Positions 3,956 to 6,189 of a stretch of DNA of 6,189 nt are shown one piece after another. Each line of letters begins with the position of its first letter. The first letter of the stretch is position 1. The notes beneath the pieces are model-generated. The model searched no databases, was not told the origin of the DNA, and was given only the letters and a program-made list of their open reading frames with translations. The translations under genes and the position numbers were made by a program. This DNA comes from a virus. The stretch is from positions 1 through 6,189 of the IMG/VR virus record IMGVR_UViG_3300045988_001100; one strand, written 5' to 3'.

Positions 3956-5071
3956 TTATTTTCGACCAATACTATTGCCAATACCTTGAAAAATACGAGA
4001 GCCGTAATCTATAGCGTTACGCAATTCATAAGAATCAACATCCTTCTGCTTCTGTTTGGAAGACCATTTATAATAATCACGCAAAGCCTTATCTTTAGAA
4101 TACTCTATATTCTTCAATACATTCATATTCTTAGAATCCCAAAGAGAAGACAAACCACGAGCACGATTAGACTGGATATTAGCATAGATCAAAGAATCAG
4201 CGGTAGACTCAGCAATCTTATTGTTAATACGAATACCATTCGTTTCAGCGGCAGTTTTCACGGCCTGAGCCATCTGATTTTTATACTGAGCTTCAGAAAG
4301 AGCACCTTGGGCATATAGGTTAGCAAGAGTCTGACCTTTAATAAAGAGGTCGGCTTGTTGCTGTTCATCCAGATACTTATTCAAGACCTGTTGAGCCTGA
4401 GAATCTAAAAGAATCTGAGCTTCCTGGGCAGAAGTAAGACGACCAGCAAACTCCATATTCTTTAACTCCTGATACTCTTTAGATTGATCTAGGAGAGCGG
4501 AACGACGACCAGTAGAAGCATTCCAATAACCAGACTGACCAATACCGATATTACGATAATTCGTGTTACCAAGGATCTCCTGCATGCGATAAGGTGTAAG
4601 AACGGCATTCTGTTCGGCATTCATCATAGCAGCACGAGCCTGAGCCATAGAAGCAAGAGAGGTGCCGACATCAGAGAAATCAGGGCGGAAGGCTTGAAGA
4701 GAAGGCATACCAGCGGCTTGAGCAGCAGAACCTCCAGAAGCGGGGGACCTAGAAACACCAGCACCAGCGGAAGAACCAATAAACGGATTCAAACCACGAG
4801 CGACCATAGCATTGGGAGAATTGTAAGAATTATTCATACCCCACATCTTCTCTTGCCAATCACGCTGAATCTGAGCTTGCTCGGCATTAAACGCATTATT
4901 CTCACGATTAATGTCAATACTGGTCTGATTAGTCTTATTCTGCGAAGATGCGCCAATAGCATTACCTGCAAGTGAAGCGCCAGCAGCGATAATTCCTCCA
5001 AGAACAAGCGGAGCAATATGTTTTTCGGAGTGCCCCATTAAGGGGCTTTCTCCGATATCATAGAACCTCAT
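3956..5071 (-). CDS. VP2: Minor capsid / DNA pilot protein (microvirus VP2, functional analogue of phiX174 H)
   Basis: The 371-aa ORF has an N-terminal Gly/Ala-rich hydrophobic segment (PLVLGGIIAAGASLAGNAIGASS) and the block RDWQEKMWGMNNSYNSPNAMVARGLNPF, which resembles the conserved ...NSP.aqm.r...AGLNP region of VP2 proteins. It also has a long Gln/Ala-rich predicted helical region. The ATG at 5071 overlaps the upstream TGA (ATGA); an alternative Met lies at 5038. Confidence 0.85.
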   Translation of the reverse strand: MRFYDIGESPLMGHSEKHIAPLVLGGIIAAGASLAGNAIGASSQNKTNQTSIDINRENNAFNAEQAQIQRDWQEKMWGMNNSYNSPNAMVARGLNPFIGSSAGAGVSRSPASGGSAAQAAGMPSLQAFRPDFSDVGTSLASMAQARAAMMNAEQNAVLTPYRMQEILGNTNYRNIGIGQSGYWNASTGRRSALLDQSKEYQELKNMEFAGRLTSAQEAQILLDSQAQQVLNKYLDEQQQADLFIKGQTLANLYAQGALSEAQYKNQMAQAVKTAAETNGIRINNKIAESTADSLIYANIQSNRARGLSSLWDSKNMNVLKNIEYSKDKALRDYYKWSSKQKQKDVDSYELRNAIDYGSRIFQGIGNSIGRK

Positions 5072-5508
5072 TGAGCAGATGAGTCAGGTGCGGACGAAGA
5101 CTCGGGCTCTGACTTTTGCTCTGCCAACATAGATTCAGCGAACCTGGATAATTCAGAATGTTCAGAAGCCAATTGACGCAATACAGCCTGACGTTCAGAC
5201 ATTGTTTGACAATGACGAGAAATAACACAATTGAAACGTTCTTCATCAGTCATATCATCCATTAAGGTAGACTGCGTAGGATGCATCTGGGCTAGGATGT
5301 TATTCACATTCATATCACCAAGAAGGCGACGGTATTTTTCCTGATTCAAAAGAATCTGAGTCATATCGCATTGAATCAAATCACCGTCAGGAGTTTCATC
5401 ATACATAACAGAGTCATACGAGGAAGCTACATAGCACGGATTACCTTCAACTAATTGAGGTTGATAAGTATCAGGAATAAACTCAGGAGTAAAATCAAAT
5501 TTTCTCAT
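5068..5508 (-). CDS. 146-aa acidic protein between VP1 and VP2; putative internal scaffolding protein (VP3-like)
   Basis: Clean ORF starting 12 nt after the VP1 stop and ending in an ATGA overlap with VP2. It is acidic with a Ser/Glu-rich tail (EQKSEPESSSAPDSSAQ). Its size and position match scaffold genes of non-phiX microviruses. The function is inferred from synteny only. Confidence 0.8.
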   Translation of the reverse strand: MRKFDFTPEFIPDTYQPQLVEGNPCYVASSYDSVMYDETPDGDLIQCDMTQILLNQEKYRRLLGDMNVNNILAQMHPTQSTLMDDMTDEERFNCVISRHCQTMSERQAVLRQLASEHSELSRFAESMLAEQKSEPESSSAPDSSAQ

Positions 5509-5520
5509 AACGACACATAA

Positions 5521-6189
5521 TTAATAAGGTAAACCATTTCTGTCCAAATTCTGAACCGCATATACTTGGAAATTAACATTACACAACAGTTGGTCAAAAG
5601 CAACGGAACAATTCGTAGCGTCAATCTGCGGAACGAAAATAGAATTCAATTGCTGAGGACGAACTTTCATAGACTGATAAGACCAAGCGCCGGAACCAGT
5701 TAACACTTGGTAGCCATTCAAGGGGGCAGCCCAAGCTTGATACGCAGCACCATTACGGAAACCAGCGTGGACGGTATCAATATTAGATTTCCATTGCCAA
5801 TAACGGAGATTATATCCAAGAGCACCAGAGGTCTTAAGACCAGGATTATTTTGAAGATTCAAAGCAGGAACAACTTGCATACCAAGTTGATCGAATGCAG
5901 GTTGAGGGAAGTCAGATATAGCGGTTACGGTCAATTGAGGATTCTGGCCAGTAAGATTCCAATCCAGCATAGGGACAGCATGATAAACACACATAATAAC
6001 CTGATGTTCAGCACCACAATCATAAGTAATAGTATGACCGGAGTTACTAGAAACACCTTTACCGGCAATAGAAGCCTGCGAAGAATCAGTATCAAGGTTA
6101 GTATTAACTACCTCATTAATATTGATTACACTAGACCAACCTCCAATATAATGACAATGGTTTCCCATGTATTCAGGGGCTTTAATACC
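5521..6189 (-). CDS. VP1: Major capsid protein, C-terminal part of the same gene as 1..1132 (6135..6189 duplicates 1..55); whole gene 1,746 nt = 581 aa
   Basis: Track ORF 5521..6168 (MGNHCHYIGGWSSVININEVVNT...NLDRNGLPY, TAA at 5521-5523) is in phase with the 1..1132 frame once 6135 is equated with base 1: 1132 + 614 = 1746 nt, divisible by 3. The track's Met is internal residue 367, not a start. Confidence 0.95.
   Translation of the reverse strand, partial: GIKAPEYMGNHCHYIGGWSSVININEVVNTNLDTDSSQASIAGKGVSSNSGHTITYDCGAEHQVIMCVYHAVPMLDWNLTGQNPQLTVTAISDFPQPAFDQLGMQVVPALNLQNNPGLKTSGALGYNLRYWQWKSNIDTVHAGFRNGAAYQAWAAPLNGYQVLTGSGAWSYQSMKVRPQQLNSIFVPQIDATNCSVAFDQLLCNVNFQVYAVQNLDRNGLPY
6135..6189. repeat. 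Terminal direct repeat, copy 2 (identical to 1..55)
   Basis: Exact 55-nt match to the window start. 55 is a common maximal k-mer in de Bruijn assemblers, which is consistent with a circular contig overlap. Confidence 0.95.

Noticed and set aside
3774-3989. Plus-strand 71-aa ORF that is extremely basic (11 Arg, 4 Lys, 1 acidic), superficially like a J/VP8-type DNA-condensing protein, which this genome otherwise lacks
   Set aside because: It is antisense to every supported gene and runs 34 nt into the VP2 3' end. It lies exactly over the GC-rich hairpin region, where CGN/AGG codons arise from composition alone. Microviridae are not known to encode genes on the complementary strand. It would only merit revisiting if the frame is conserved in relatives.
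1-6189. Search for CRISPR repeats, integrase or transposase genes, IS ends, and toxin-antitoxin or other defence genes
   Set aside because: The only long repeat is the 55-nt assembly overlap. Every ORF over 100 aa is accounted for by microvirus core genes or the M15-like peptidase. There is no regularly spaced repeat array.

Overview
The window is one complete, circularly permuted ssDNA phage genome of the family Microviridae. It is not phiX-like; the architecture resembles the gokusho/alpa-type lineages and the expression signals look Bacteroidetes-like. Bases 1-55 are identical to 6135-6189, so the real unit is a 6,134-nt circle linearised inside the major capsid gene. All supported genes are on the minus strand, so the virion/mRNA-sense strand is the complement of the given strand. 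Gene order on that strand: VP1 major capsid (1132 down through the junction to 5521, 581 aa), a 146-aa acidic VP3-like protein (5508-5068), VP2 pilot/minor capsid (5071-3956), and a ~390-nt intergenic region with a GC-rich hairpin-dense core (3564-3955). These are followed by a 66-aa hypothetical (3563-3363), a 27-aa single-TM micro-ORF (3373-3290), a 101-aa peptidase M15-like protein (3293-2988), and an unusually long HUH replication initiator VP4 (2982/2991-1153). The supplied ORF track misses the N-terminal 377 codons of VP1 because that ORF is open at the window edge. Most worth following up: (i) a muralytic-type M15 peptidase preceded by a start/stop-overlapping tiny TM ORF, which looks like a holin/endolysin-style cassette in a microvirus; (ii) the large structured non-coding island, which has alternative hairpins, a GCGAAGC mini-hairpin and repeated TATACAYC motifs and may hold the ssDNA origin, a regulatory RNA or an attachment site; (iii) the expanded Rep. 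I found no integrase, tRNA, CRISPR array or small basic J/VP8-like packaging protein. All homology statements are motif recognition by eye, not database searches.
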